Shown: positions 18,875-28,429, counted from the stretch's first letter. The stretch: DNA of 64,000 nucleotides from Candidatus Bathyarchaeota archaeon (GCA_963845275.1 CAWJRR010000012.1:48845-112844), one strand, 5' to 3'. Numbers and translations are program-made. Notes: a model not told the origin generated them from the sequence alone.

Positions 18875-19272
18875 ATTTTCACAACATGGTGTTTTTCGTG
18901 CAGAGTATTAGAGCTGTGTGTACGATTTGTATGTAGAAGATGCGAGAAATATGAAAAACACATACACTGTGAGCATGACAGCCCTTCTGGCTCCCGCGGC
19001 GTTCTGTTTGACGTAGCCTGTCTCAATACTCCGTTCATCATAACCGCAAACTCCTTGGTAAAGCAATGCGCTAAGGAGCCCTGAAGCCGAACTACGATGA
19101 AAGCGGACAATTCCAACCTTGATCTCAGAACTCTGCAAATGGAGTTGTGAATTCCAAATTCCAACCTGGGTGGTCTTTCATTTCTTCTTTCGAGTTTAGT
19201 TCAGTTCCTTCACTGGTGTTTGACCATGGTACAGATATATCCGCAGTCAGAGAAACTTTGTTGGTTGCAAGA

Positions 19273-20142
19273 ATGGCCGCAGCAAAACCAACTGAACGAA
19301 AGAAGCACACTCTAACAAGTTTGTTTAAGAAAGTGGCTAATGGTGAACCGATCACCTGGTTAACCTGTTACGATTACCCCACAGCCTACCTGCAAGAACA
19401 AGCAGGAATCGACATGATCTTAGTAGGCGATAGCGTGGGAATGACAATACTCGGCTACGAGAACACGCTCCCAGTAACTATGAACGATATGATACGGCAT
19501 AGCCAAGCGGTACGCCGCGGCGCACCTAACACCTTCATTATTGGAGATTTACCTTACATGAGCTACCAGCCAAGTGTCGAAACTGCGATTCGCAACGCGG
19601 GACGCTTTATGGCTGAGGCGGGATGCGACGCAGTCAAACTGGAGGGTGGGGTCGAAGTAGGTGATCGCATTCGCGCGGTCGTCGAAGCAGGCATTCCCAT
19701 CGTTGGGCACCTAGGCTTGACTCCTCAAAGCGTTAGCGCTCTTGGAGGATTCCGTGTTCAAGGCAAAGGAGCTGAGCAAGCTAAACGGATTATCGACAGC
19801 GCTAAGGCGCTTGAGAAAGCCGGCGCCTTCATGATAGTTCTGGAAATGGTTCCGGACCGTGTTTGTAAGCTGATCACTGAGCGAGCTGAAAACTGCATCA
19901 TTATGAGTATTGGCTCAGGTCCGTATTCACACGGCCAGGTCCTCATCTACCATGACATGTTCGGACTCTACCCCAGGTTCAAGCCACGTATGGCCAAGGT
20001 CTACGGTAACGCTGGAGAAGTTATCCTGAACGGACTCAAACAATACGTCAAAGAAGTAACCACTCGAACCTTTCCCCAACCCGAGAACTACTTCACTATA
20101 CCTGAAGAAGAATACAAGAAACTGCTAGAGATGTTGAAGTAG
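19273..20142 (+). CDS. panB: 3-methyl-2-oxobutanoate hydroxymethyltransferase (ketopantoate hydroxymethyltransferase)
   Basis: Motifs LTCYDYPTA, ILVGDSVGMT.LGY..T, GDLPYMSY, VKLEGG, GHLGLTPQS. I place the start at the internal ATG at 19273 (MAAAKP..). The upstream 42 codons of the ORF track look non-coding. Confidence 0.85.
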   Translation: MAAAKPTERKKHTLTSLFKKVANGEPITWLTCYDYPTAYLQEQAGIDMILVGDSVGMTILGYENTLPVTMNDMIRHSQAVRRGAPNTFIIGDLPYMSYQPSVETAIRNAGRFMAEAGCDAVKLEGGVEVGDRIRAVVEAGIPIVGHLGLTPQSVSALGGFRVQGKGAEQAKRIIDSAKALEKAGAFMIVLEMVPDRVCKLITERAENCIIMSIGSGPYSHGQVLIYHDMFGLYPRFKPRMAKVYGNAGEVILNGLKQYVKEVTTRTFPQPENYFTIPEEEYKKLLEMLK

Positions 20143-20249
20143 CAAATAGGGACTAGGTCTCGACGCGACTAGTGCGAGACTCAGGCTGCTCAGAAGATTT
20201 GCTGATCGTGAAGAATGTAACTCGTCACTTCAATGAAGAAAGGGATCTC

Positions 20250-21461
20250 CTAATTTAGACTCTTCAGCGCCTTTTCCATTCGTTCTAATCCTTTCTGAAT
20301 GTTCGGAATTGAGTTGGCGTAAGACAGACGAAGGTAGCCTTCTCCATACTTGCCGAAGGCACTTCCGGGCAGGAGAGCCACTCCATAATCTAGCATAAGA
20401 TTTGCTATCTCGCTCGAGGTTTTGCCGGTCTTCTTAATGTTCGGGAAAGCGTAGAAGGCGCCTTGCGGCTTAAGGCAATGTACGCCGGGTAGCTTGTTGA
20501 GTCCATCAATAATGATATCGCGTCGCCGTTGGTATTGCTCGACCATCATGGCCACATGATCCTGTGGTCCTGTTAAAGCTTCGATGGCCGCAATCTGGGT
20601 CGCATGCGCTGTACAACCGAATGCATGCGTAAAGTATAGGTTGACGCGTTCTGCCAGACGTTCTGGCATGATTCCGTAGCCGAGTCGCCAGCCGTGCATG
20701 GCGTAGGTCTTGGAGAATCCGTCAGAAATGATTGTTCGCTCCGCCATTCCCGGAAGCGAAGCGATGCTGGTTACGCGTATTCCATCGAAGACGATCTGAT
20801 TATAGATTTCATCCGTGAGAACCCAACAGTCATACCGCTGTGCAGCTTCAGCAACGTGCTGCATATCCTTCAAAGGCATCACGCCCCCCGTTGGGTTGCT
20901 CGGCGAATTGATGATGATCAACCGGGTCCGTTCATTCACAAGCCGATCAAACGCGTCCAAGTCGAACGAGAAGGAATTGGATTCCAGTAAGGGTAATGGT
21001 TTCGGGATTCCGCCAGCGAGCCTCAGCATAGCTTCATAAGTTGGGAATCCCGGGTCAGGGTAGACTACTTCGTCGCCTGGTTCAACAACCGTTAGGGTTG
21101 GAAAGAGCATTGCGGGTTTGGCGCCCGGACAGATTAGAACCTGCTTAGGGGATATGCTGATGCCGCGTCTTTTGCCTGCAACGTCCGCTATGACTTCGCG
21201 TAGTTGTCTTAGGCCGGCAGGTGGCAAGTAGCGTGTCTGCCCGCTCGAGATTGCTCGAATGCCTGCCATGGAAGCGTTGAGTGGTCCATTAAAGTCAGGT
21301 TCACCTGCCTCCAGGTGGATTATATCGCGACCCTGCATCTCTAACTCTTGAGACCTTGCCATTACCTCATACGCGCCTTCGGGGCGCAAATGAGATTGGC
21401 GTTTCGTGAACGTCATTAGGGGCCTTTTTCGAGCACTCTCAACTGGGACCTGCGAGACCAT
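20250..21461 (-). CDS. class I/II pyridoxal-phosphate-dependent aminotransferase (aspartate/aromatic type)
   Basis: Motifs GEPDF, NPSNPTG, SDGFSKTYAMHGWRLGY (PLP lysine), LRLSYA. An alternative start at 21416 (MTFTKRQ) is possible. Confidence 0.85.
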   Translation of the reverse strand: MVSQVPVESARKRPLMTFTKRQSHLRPEGAYEVMARSQELEMQGRDIIHLEAGEPDFNGPLNASMAGIRAISSGQTRYLPPAGLRQLREVIADVAGKRRGISISPKQVLICPGAKPAMLFPTLTVVEPGDEVVYPDPGFPTYEAMLRLAGGIPKPLPLLESNSFSFDLDAFDRLVNERTRLIIINSPSNPTGGVMPLKDMQHVAEAAQRYDCWVLTDEIYNQIVFDGIRVTSIASLPGMAERTIISDGFSKTYAMHGWRLGYGIMPERLAERVNLYFTHAFGCTAHATQIAAIEALTGPQDHVAMMVEQYQRRRDIIIDGLNKLPGVHCLKPQGAFYAFPNIKKTGKTSSEIANLMLDYGVALLPGSAFGKYGEGYLRLSYANSIPNIQKGLERMEKALKSLN

Positions 21462-21473
21462 CTCTGATGTCTC

Positions 21474-23060
21474 CTATATTGGGGGGAGTTCCTTGGTCGC
21501 TAGGTCCATCGGGACTCCACGTGATCTCTGGTAGAAGTACGAAATTGCGTAGATGATTAGAGCTGCTACCATTACGAACAGCATGCTGACGACGTAGATT
21601 GGGTTGATTGGGAAGCCGTTAAAAGCTGGCAATATGGTGGAATATGAAATGAAAAGTGATAGGAAGAAACCGATTACGCCTGCGATTGAGAGTAAGGGAA
21701 CTGGGCCTATCTTGTATCTAACGATCTTCGGTGTGCTTTCGAATAATTCTTTTCTACGGTATGGGAAGACAATCGCTGCGAGCATTACAACAGCTGTTGC
21801 TACCCACCAGCCAAAGTTCGAGTAGTACAGATAGCTGAACCATGTTGTGTAGACGGTGACCCAGACTGAGAAATACGCGATTATTCCGAAGAGTGCAACT
21901 GCGTATCTCGGTACTCCTCGGTTGTCAACTGAAGCGAACTTGACTGGAATCGTCCTGTCAAAGGCCCATGCGAAGATATTCCTCGTGGGGACGAAGAAGA
22001 GCAGGATTGCGAATCCGAGGTCATTCAGAACTAACCCAAACGGGACCAGGAACGCAAGGAGCGGGCTACTAGTTACGAAGCTCACGAGATATGCTGGGGA
22101 CGGGATTACTGGTAATGGTGATTTTCCATTCACGAATAGAACTGAAGCTGAAACAAGGAAGTCATGTCCAAAGACGTTGTACATAGAAGCATAGAGGATG
22201 TAGATTATCACGGCGAAAATGATCGGTGAAGCAAAGATGGCGAGTCCCTGTGATTTCTTGGGGTCTCCTTTTACTTCACCGGCGAAATAGCAGCTATAGG
22301 AGTATCCAATGAAGCTAAGCATAGTGTAAACCAGACCCACTAACGTAGCTTCAGACGTGTACGTGATTGGTGATCCTAGAAGCTGTGTGCCCTGACTCAC
22401 AATTGAATCTACTGTGCTCCCTGACTTGGCATCAAAGCCTGCGACGAATGCAGCATGGTTCGTCGTCAACATCATGCCGATAAAGATCAAGTAGATCAAC
22501 GTTTCAGCGGCGAATAAGGCGATGACAATACGGAAGATGTGCTTTACCGGCAGGAACATCATCAGTATTACTGCAGTAACAATCAGCGCGGCGAGAATGA
22601 AGATGGTATTTGGGTCACCAAGCGCGGCCGCCATTCCAGCGTACGACTGATCTCCCGTAGTGATTGCAAGATTCGTGAACAGCATTGGCAACTTCGTCGC
22701 CACGAGTAAGTACGGAAATAGACCGACCCAAGTCACCATGATCACGACGAGAACTACACTTTCCATGAACGCGACGGACGGATGAATAGCCCTCCCTACC
22801 CAGACATAATCTCCGCCTGTTCTAGGCATTGCAATCGAGAACATCCAGTACACGAACGCGACTACCAAGTTCACTACGACTGCGCTGATGACAGTGGCTG
22901 TGAGATCAGCGCCTGGATACGATGCTGAAGCATAAACGATCCAGAATATGTTCACGAGTATGCCCATTGAAAGGAGGTTTGCAAACAACGCCTCATGAGC
23001 GCTCACACTTCTCGTTAGTCCCGAACTCTTACGGACATAGAGACCTGACGTGTCTGCCAA
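21474..23060 (-). CDS. APC-superfamily amino acid permease (paralog of 11489-13084)
   Basis: 528 aa, polytopic. Contains AMPRTGGDYVWVGR and the same overall helix pattern and C-terminal tail (..ELPPI vs ..EIPPE) as the first permease. Confidence 0.75.
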   Translation of the reverse strand: MADTSGLYVRKSSGLTRSVSAHEALFANLLSMGILVNIFWIVYASASYPGADLTATVISAVVVNLVVAFVYWMFSIAMPRTGGDYVWVGRAIHPSVAFMESVVLVVIMVTWVGLFPYLLVATKLPMLFTNLAITTGDQSYAGMAAALGDPNTIFILAALIVTAVILMMFLPVKHIFRIVIALFAAETLIYLIFIGMMLTTNHAAFVAGFDAKSGSTVDSIVSQGTQLLGSPITYTSEATLVGLVYTMLSFIGYSYSCYFAGEVKGDPKKSQGLAIFASPIIFAVIIYILYASMYNVFGHDFLVSASVLFVNGKSPLPVIPSPAYLVSFVTSSPLLAFLVPFGLVLNDLGFAILLFFVPTRNIFAWAFDRTIPVKFASVDNRGVPRYAVALFGIIAYFSVWVTVYTTWFSYLYYSNFGWWVATAVVMLAAIVFPYRRKELFESTPKIVRYKIGPVPLLSIAGVIGFFLSLFISYSTILPAFNGFPINPIYVVSMLFVMVAALIIYAISYFYQRSRGVPMDLATKELPPI

Positions 23061-23129
23061 GCATAACCACTGAGTCGTGATGCCGCGTTACACGATATTA
23101 AATGGTACGATGGTATGATCTCAATTTTC

Positions 23130-23184
23130 TATAGGTAATATATACAAATACTGCGCATTATAGGTAATACATACAAAAACCGCG
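23130..23184. promoter_or_regulatory. tandem 26-nt direct repeat in a divergent promoter region
   Basis: TATAGGTAATATATACAAATACTGCG (23130-23155) and TATAGGTAATACATACAAAAACCGCG (23159-23184) match at 23 of 26 positions, period 29 nt. They lie 70-125 nt upstream of the permease start at 23060. Confidence 0.5.
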
Positions 23185-23490
23185 ACGGAATATGCGATAG
23201 AGCCAAACTATCTGGACCTCTTCAACTTCCCGGTACCACGGCTCCATCTCTGTCCTTGAGGTGCTCTCAACATTTTGGAGTGTCTATCTATTCTAACGAC
23301 GGTTTGGGTCCGTCTCATTTCTTTCGTTACTGTTTCCAGAACATAGACCGATCTATCTTGCCGAGCGCGGAATGTGGGATCTATGACTTCCGAAAATTCG
23401 AGAAAGGCGGCATGGCTAAGATCTAGAATGAGTAGGAAGCAATATGTCTATAGACGCCTTGATAAAAGCCCCCGTACACGGTCGTGACTC

Positions 23491-24444
23491 ATGAGTAAAA
23501 CAAGGATCTTTTTCGTTTCTGACATACACGGCTCAGAACGATTATTCCTGAAGTTCACAAACGCCGGGAAAGTCTACAAAGCTAACGTACTCATGATAGG
23601 AGGCGACATAACAGGTAAGACTGTCACACCAGTTCTCAACAAGGGCGGATTATGGTCGGCATTATACGTTGGGGCTTGGCGAAACGCTCACAACCAAGAG
23701 GAATTGGAGAAACTCGAAAAGGATATCCGCAATCTGGGAAGTTACCCGTACCGGACAACTGAGAATGAGTGGGCAACGCTCCGACAAAGTGAAGAGAAGA
23801 TGAGTGCATTATTCGAACAGGTCATGTCAAATAGCATTCAAAAATGGGTGAAGATCGCTGAAGAGAGGCTCAAGCACCTTGGATGCAAAACAGTATTCAA
23901 TATAGGGAACGATGATCTTGAAGCTGTCGGGAAAATCATTAGACAATCTGGATATGTGGTCTATCCAAACGAATCTGTTATTCAGATTGATGACCATCAC
24001 GAGATGGCTAGCGTCGGTTACTCCAACATGACCCCATGGAAGTGTCCTGGCGATCTTTCTGAGGAGGAATTACTATCCAAACTCGAGAAAACGACCGCGA
24101 CCTTAACGAACCCTGAAATGAGCTTGTTTAATTTTCACTGTCCCCCGTACAACACTCAAATCGACGTCGCGCCAAAACTTGACGCTGACCTCACACCCGT
24201 CCTCACTCCGGGAGGAGAACCGGAAATGGCACACGTCGGTTCCGTATCCGTACGAAAGGTGATTGAGAAACTACAGCCCCTTGCTGGCCTTCACGGACAT
24301 ATTCATGAGGCGAGAGGCTTGTCCGAGATAGGAAAGACTCAGTGCTTCAATCCAGGAAGCGAGTACCTGACAGGAATCTTGCGAGGCGTAGTAGTCAATC
24401 TATCAGATAAGAAAATCGACAATTACGTATTCACAGAAGGATAA
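23491..24444 (+). CDS. calcineurin-like metallophosphoesterase
   Basis: Motifs IFFVSDIHGS, LMIGGDITGK, GNDD, GHIHE. Confidence 0.7.
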   Translation: MSKTRIFFVSDIHGSERLFLKFTNAGKVYKANVLMIGGDITGKTVTPVLNKGGLWSALYVGAWRNAHNQEELEKLEKDIRNLGSYPYRTTENEWATLRQSEEKMSALFEQVMSNSIQKWVKIAEERLKHLGCKTVFNIGNDDLEAVGKIIRQSGYVVYPNESVIQIDDHHEMASVGYSNMTPWKCPGDLSEEELLSKLEKTTATLTNPEMSLFNFHCPPYNTQIDVAPKLDADLTPVLTPGGEPEMAHVGSVSVRKVIEKLQPLAGLHGHIHEARGLSEIGKTQCFNPGSEYLTGILRGVVVNLSDKKIDNYVFTEG

Positions 24445-24487
24445 AACACGCCCCCTTGCAGTTACACCCGAGCGAGTGTCATTTTCT

Positions 24488-25850
24488 GTGTGTGTGTGCG
24501 CACCATTAGACCCACACCTATGAAAAGTCTGTAGACTATGCTTGCGTCTCCGCGATTGGTCTTCTGTGTGGCGTTCAAGCGCTGTTAGCTAATGTGTTGA
24601 GGCGTTTATGTTTTTGCTCCGTTAACTCGTGATTCTCTCCGTGGTATGGTTCGTTTCTGATGAGCATCACGTACATTATCGCTAGCATTTTGCGGGCGAC
24701 GGCGACGATGGCTTTCTGTGATCCATGCTTCCGTTCAATCCGTTCGTAGAACTCTCGCATTCGTGGGTCGTGTTGTCTGGCTGATTGTGCGCATTGGCCG
24801 AGAATCCATCGGGTCCGTTTGCTGCCTTTCCTGGTGATGTGACCTGTCCATTGAGTTTCGCCGGACTGGTGCACTTGAGGCGCTAATCCTACCCAGCTGA
24901 CGAGCTTCTCGTCTGAGCTGAAGCGGTGTACGTCTCCGATCTCGGATAGGAGGACCATGGCTGCGTAATAGTCAACGCCTGGCATGGTCATGAGAAGCTT
25001 GGCTTGGGTTTCGGTTGTGGCGTCTTTCGCGATTTGAATGTCCATGCTTCGGATTTGTTGATTTAATGTCTCGACGATCTGTAGGCTGGATTGGAGGATC
25101 TCCTGATCTGGGGTTGTGAGTTGTAGGTTTCGAAGCCACTCAAGGCCTTGTTTTCCGAAGAGGTCTGTGTAGGTGTGGGAGAGTTCGTGTTTGTCTAGGA
25201 GTGCGTGTATGCGGTTCTTGATGTCTACTCTCATTTGTATTAGGCTGGCGCGGTGTCTGATGAGGGCTCTGCGTTCACGGTTCTTTCGGGTTGGGACGTA
25301 GCTTTCTGCCACAAGATCGCCTCTGAGCAGGTAGGCTAGGGTTTTGGCGTCTATGCGGTCGGTTTTGATGCGTGCTTCAGCTATTGCTTTTGTCCTCAAA
25401 GGGTTGCTGAGCTTCACCTCGACTCCTTCATTCTCAAGTTGATCGTAGATTCTGATCCAGAAGTTTGCGGACGGTTCCACCACAGCCTTGACGTGTGGGT
25501 CTACGGATTTTGCTAGGGTGACTAGGCTGGTTGCTCCTTGTGAGGTGTTGTCGAATCGGAGTTCCTGTAGGACGCAACCGTTGTCGTTCATTAGAGCAGC
25601 TTGACAGTACTTCTTGTGAACGTCTATTCCAACGTAGACTGCCATCCTGGTTCTTCACCTCCGTTCTTTTCTTGGTTGGCTTGAACGCGGCAATCACCTA
25701 TTCGCACGCAGGGGCGCATTCAAGGGGCCGCTCCAGAGGTCTGCCCATTCACACACCCGACCGAAACATGGTCAGTGGGTCTTCGGGCTTACCAACCGCG
25801 GAGAACTAACACAGACACAGCGACTAGAGACTTTTCATCCTTTCACACAC
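24488..25850 (-). mobile_element. IS110-family insertion sequence, copy 2 (inverted relative to copy 1)
   Basis: Reverse complement of copy 1. The encoded 356-aa protein is identical. In the non-coding ends I see only 3-4 substitutions. The minimal element is about 24518-25846. Confidence 0.85.
24575..25645 (-). CDS. IS110-family transposase/recombinase (identical to 15120-16190 product)
   Basis: Residue-for-residue identical translation in the ORF track. Confidence 0.9.
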   Translation of the reverse strand: MAVYVGIDVHKKYCQAALMNDNGCVLQELRFDNTSQGATSLVTLAKSVDPHVKAVVEPSANFWIRIYDQLENEGVEVKLSNPLRTKAIAEARIKTDRIDAKTLAYLLRGDLVAESYVPTRKNRERRALIRHRASLIQMRVDIKNRIHALLDKHELSHTYTDLFGKQGLEWLRNLQLTTPDQEILQSSLQIVETLNQQIRSMDIQIAKDATTETQAKLLMTMPGVDYYAAMVLLSEIGDVHRFSSDEKLVSWVGLAPQVHQSGETQWTGHITRKGSKRTRWILGQCAQSARQHDPRMREFYERIERKHGSQKAIVAVARKMLAIMYVMLIRNEPYHGENHELTEQKHKRLNTLANSA

Positions 25851-26130
25851 AATTGACGGTTCAAATTCTGTTGCCGTGACTAACGTACAATAGAATATGA
25901 CCTGAATCGGAACGGTTTCGCTGATTATTACGAGGTTAATCCGACAACAGTAAACCATGGCAATTGAGGAATGTCACAAAGAAACCAGTTGGAGCGCTCT
26001 TAGCCTCATATTTCATCCATAGGCACAAAAGGCAATAGACGGCATGACAGCATAGTTAGTTGATAAGTGAATAGGTTGCCTTCACATCTCAGAGTAGCAG
26101 GGGTTTCAGAGATGCGGAGGTGGGAGTCAA

Positions 26131-26607
26131 ATGGAACATAATGATTTCTGCAAAGGTCTGGAGAAGGAAAATCAGCTCCGTAGCATTACTCACTATGGAC
26201 GATTAGACGGCACGACCGACTGCAATTGTGGTTGTCACCTTACACATAGAGAAATCCGTCGTAAAGTAAAGGAAGCAACAGAGGCCGTCGGTGCCATCGT
26301 CATTCGTTCGTTGAAAACTACTCCCAAAATGCCTAGTAACGATAACGCCGCAGTCGAGTACGTCACTTATAGACTTCAAAACAAAGACAAGGACAAATAC
26401 AAACAGGTCTACGACATGTTAGACCCTTGGATTCGTGACGAGATTGAAGCAGACAAGCCTGTTGATGTCTTTCCAATACTATATGGAACGGTCGAGTTCA
26501 CATTCAAACTCCCAAGAGAGAAGTTCTTTGAGTTCACGAGGACAACATTGAAACTCCTGAGTTCACGAGGGCACCCATCCAAATACGCCAACAAATCTAA
26601 GCCCTAA
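26131..26607 (+). CDS. hypothetical protein
   Basis: 158-aa ORF with an N-terminal Cys/His cluster (CNCGCH). No family recognised. Confidence 0.35.
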   Translation: MEHNDFCKGLEKENQLRSITHYGRLDGTTDCNCGCHLTHREIRRKVKEATEAVGAIVIRSLKTTPKMPSNDNAAVEYVTYRLQNKDKDKYKQVYDMLDPWIRDEIEADKPVDVFPILYGTVEFTFKLPREKFFEFTRTTLKLLSSRGHPSKYANKSKP

Positions 26608-26827
26608 CTCTACTACGTTGGGGCTCCACAAGAAAGAAGACACGCGGCACGGGACCAGAGTAGGGTTACTGTCGCCGAAACCGACAGCCTATGATAGGTC
26701 GACAATCAAGTCGAATCGTCTTGCTCATTCAAAACTTCCTCACAGTTCGTCGGTACCATAGTGGATATTTGTGTATTCGGCTGGGACCTAACATTTTTGA
26801 TGGACGATTCCCTTAGTTTTAGCATGG

Positions 26828-27247
26828 TCACGGGTTCTTAACCCGTAGATCCAAGTAAACTGGGATTCCTGCCTTGTTGAAAAACGCGCCGACAGAGCAA
26901 GTTTTCAACGTAAGATTCAGGATCGTTTGGGCGTCTGATTCGGAGCCGTGCGTGACCAATTCAGCGGTACCAGTAACCTTACTGATTGTGACCGCATCTA
27001 TTGCTTTCTCACAATCTAGTTGAACTTTCAGGGAATCGAACTTAAAATCGCGCTTAACAGCAATCAACTTGAAGATTGTGGTTATGCAACCTGCCAAGGA
27101 CATTGCCGCTAATTCTAGTGCAGTTGGACCTGTATCGCTCCCACCCTCCTCCCTTGGAAGATCCACAACTAGACTGTGACCTCTACCATTATCCACCACA
27201 CTCTTGTATTCTGCGTCCAAGATTGAGTTAGCTTTCATAAGATTCAA
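26828..27247 (-). CDS. OsmC/Ohr-family peroxiredoxin-like protein
   Basis: 139 aa. Contains GGSDTGPTALELAAMSLAGC (first conserved Cys) and LKTCSV (second Cys), the typical OsmC pattern. Confidence 0.7.
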   Translation of the reverse strand: MNLMKANSILDAEYKSVVDNGRGHSLVVDLPREEGGSDTGPTALELAAMSLAGCITTIFKLIAVKRDFKFDSLKVQLDCEKAIDAVTISKVTGTAELVTHGSESDAQTILNLTLKTCSVGAFFNKAGIPVYLDLRVKNP

Positions 27248-27441
27248 CCTCGAGTATTTCGCGCCACTTCCCGATTATCTTTGCGTTTAGCGTGTTGGTT
27301 CCGATCAAAGACGAGTTCGCTGACAAGAAGCTGGAACTCTGCGTCCTCTACGTCGGATGCGTTAGGCTGTCGGACGTACCGTTACTGTAAGAAACATTAC
27401 TTACCAGAAGCCCTTCCTGAAACCAAACAAGGGGAAGAAAC

Positions 27442-27720
27442 ATGATGGGATTAACGAGCAAGCAACATCTCTTCGCACGGGTCATTCTTGTAGTTACCCT
27501 CGCAAATGCGGCAATTTTCTACAGTATCTTTAGGAACCTTCAAGTTCTAACTGTAACGTGGCAATTCGCCGAAGTTGCCGTATTAGCAACTGCCATTACC
27601 CTCTTCGCTCTTACAGTGAATTTGGAGTTCTGGTGGAGGTATCAGCGAAGAACGGACAATCTGCGATTTTGGGGTAATCTCAGATTTTGGCGGAAACCGC
27701 GCGAATGCGAACTAGGCTGA
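27442..27720 (+). CDS. hypothetical small membrane protein
   Basis: 92 aa, two hydrophobic helices, Arg/Trp-rich tail. Confidence 0.3.
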   Translation: MMGLTSKQHLFARVILVVTLANAAIFYSIFRNLQVLTVTWQFAEVAVLATAITLFALTVNLEFWWRYQRRTDNLRFWGNLRFWRKPRECELG

Positions 27721-27813
27721 GCTACTTTTCGCGTTTTGGATTAGGGTTAGCCACTTGTTCTGTGCTTCGACTTTCATTCATGGTTCTCTTCTTGGGTCAA
27801 ATAGATACCGAAA

Positions 27814-28119
27814 TTACAGTTTCATGATTGATGCTTCTCGATATCGTCTTCGCAATGCCTTCACTTCCCGAGCTAATAGATGCGGGTGAACTTCCACACT
27901 GAGGCGTGGTTTTTCGATAGTTCCTGTCGATGTGACTAGGACAAGGACTAGATTCCCAGCAAGGTGAAGAACTCTCTTGTAAACACCGTTTTCATATACG
28001 TCTGGAAGGCTCTTCTCAAATCGACCATGAATCCCTGCGCTTCTTTCAAAGTCGAAAGGGGATTCGGGAAAAATGAAAAAGCTTGTCTTAGAATCAGTGA
28101 TTCTACGACTCTTATTCAT
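27814..28119 (-). CDS. hypothetical protein; possibly a truncated N-terminal fragment of an AlkA-like DNA glycosylase
   Basis: The pattern FIFPESPFDFERS....F......Y.RVL.L.G..VLVLV...G....P.L.VEV resembles AlkA-N type domains, but no HhH-GPD domain follows. The ORF-track N-terminal extension to 28215 runs into repeat R1 and is probably not coding. Confidence 0.25.
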   Translation of the reverse strand: MNKSRRITDSKTSFFIFPESPFDFERSAGIHGRFEKSLPDVYENGVYKRVLHLAGNLVLVLVTSTGTIEKPRLSVEVHPHLLAREVKALRRRYREASIMKL

Positions 28120-28181
28120 GTGTTGCCACGTCACGTCGTCGATAGTTGAACTAAAAGAATGCGTTGCGAAATTTGACCCGT

Positions 28182-28273
28182 CATTTTGTGTGTGTGCGCG
28201 CACCATTAGATCCACACACTAAAACGACGACGGTTCAAATTCTGTTGCCCGCACCACTATAGCCACCACCACT
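28182..28273 (+). repeat. repeat R1: uninterrupted copy of the (GT)n/(CA)n hairpin repeat that hosts the IS110 copies
   Basis: CATTTTGTGTGTGTGCGCGCACCATTAGATCCACACACTAAAACGACGACGGTTCAAATTCTGTTGCCCGCACC.. equals the two flanks of IS copy 2 joined together (24483-24517 + 25844-25880). Confidence 0.7.
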
Positions 28274-28315
28274 GAAGAAGCCGAAAGTAGAGTAACTATT
28301 CTTGAGGATAACATC

Positions 28316-28338
28316 AGGTCCCGTAAGAAAAGGGACCT
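28316..28338. repeat. hairpin AGGTCCC-GTAAGAAAA-GGGACCT (copy 1 of 2)
   Basis: Perfect 7-bp stem with a 9-nt A-rich loop. A near-identical copy sits at 28767-28789. Confidence 0.8.
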
Positions 28339-28429
28339 ACCGTTTCTCACAGTCAGCTTGAAGTCGCAAGTGATAATCTTATACTTGCTTTATTTGACGT
28401 TGCAGATTTCTAACCCTCAATGTTGAGAG

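Noticed and set aside
19147-19272. N-terminal 42-codon extension of panB given by the ORF track.
   Set aside because: The extension has no similarity to PanB N-termini and overlaps other spurious ORFs. The conserved protein begins just after the internal ATG at 19273.
20160-20200. Hairpin GTCTCG-N12-CGAGAC between the convergent panB and aminotransferase genes, as a terminator.
   Set aside because: Archaeal termination mainly uses T-tracts, and there is no adjacent oligo-T run. A single 6-bp stem is weak evidence.
14915-25850. Composite transposon formed by the two IS110 copies.
   Set aside because: IS110-family elements move by site-specific recombination of single units and are not known to mobilise intervening DNA. 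Each copy sits in its own copy of the target repeat, which fits two independent insertions. I kept only the inversion-substrate idea.
28222-28256. tRNA genes or fragments suggested by GGTTCAAAT-type T-loop strings (14836-14850, 25855-25875, 28228-28256 ending in TGCCCGCACCA, 33452-33475, 59925-59940).
   Set aside because: I could not build a cloverleaf. The T stems pair poorly (4 bp with a wobble, 8-nt loop), and a matching 5' acceptor strand is absent or 61 nt away without D and anticodon arms. I treat them as parts of the R repeat or old att scars, not as genes.
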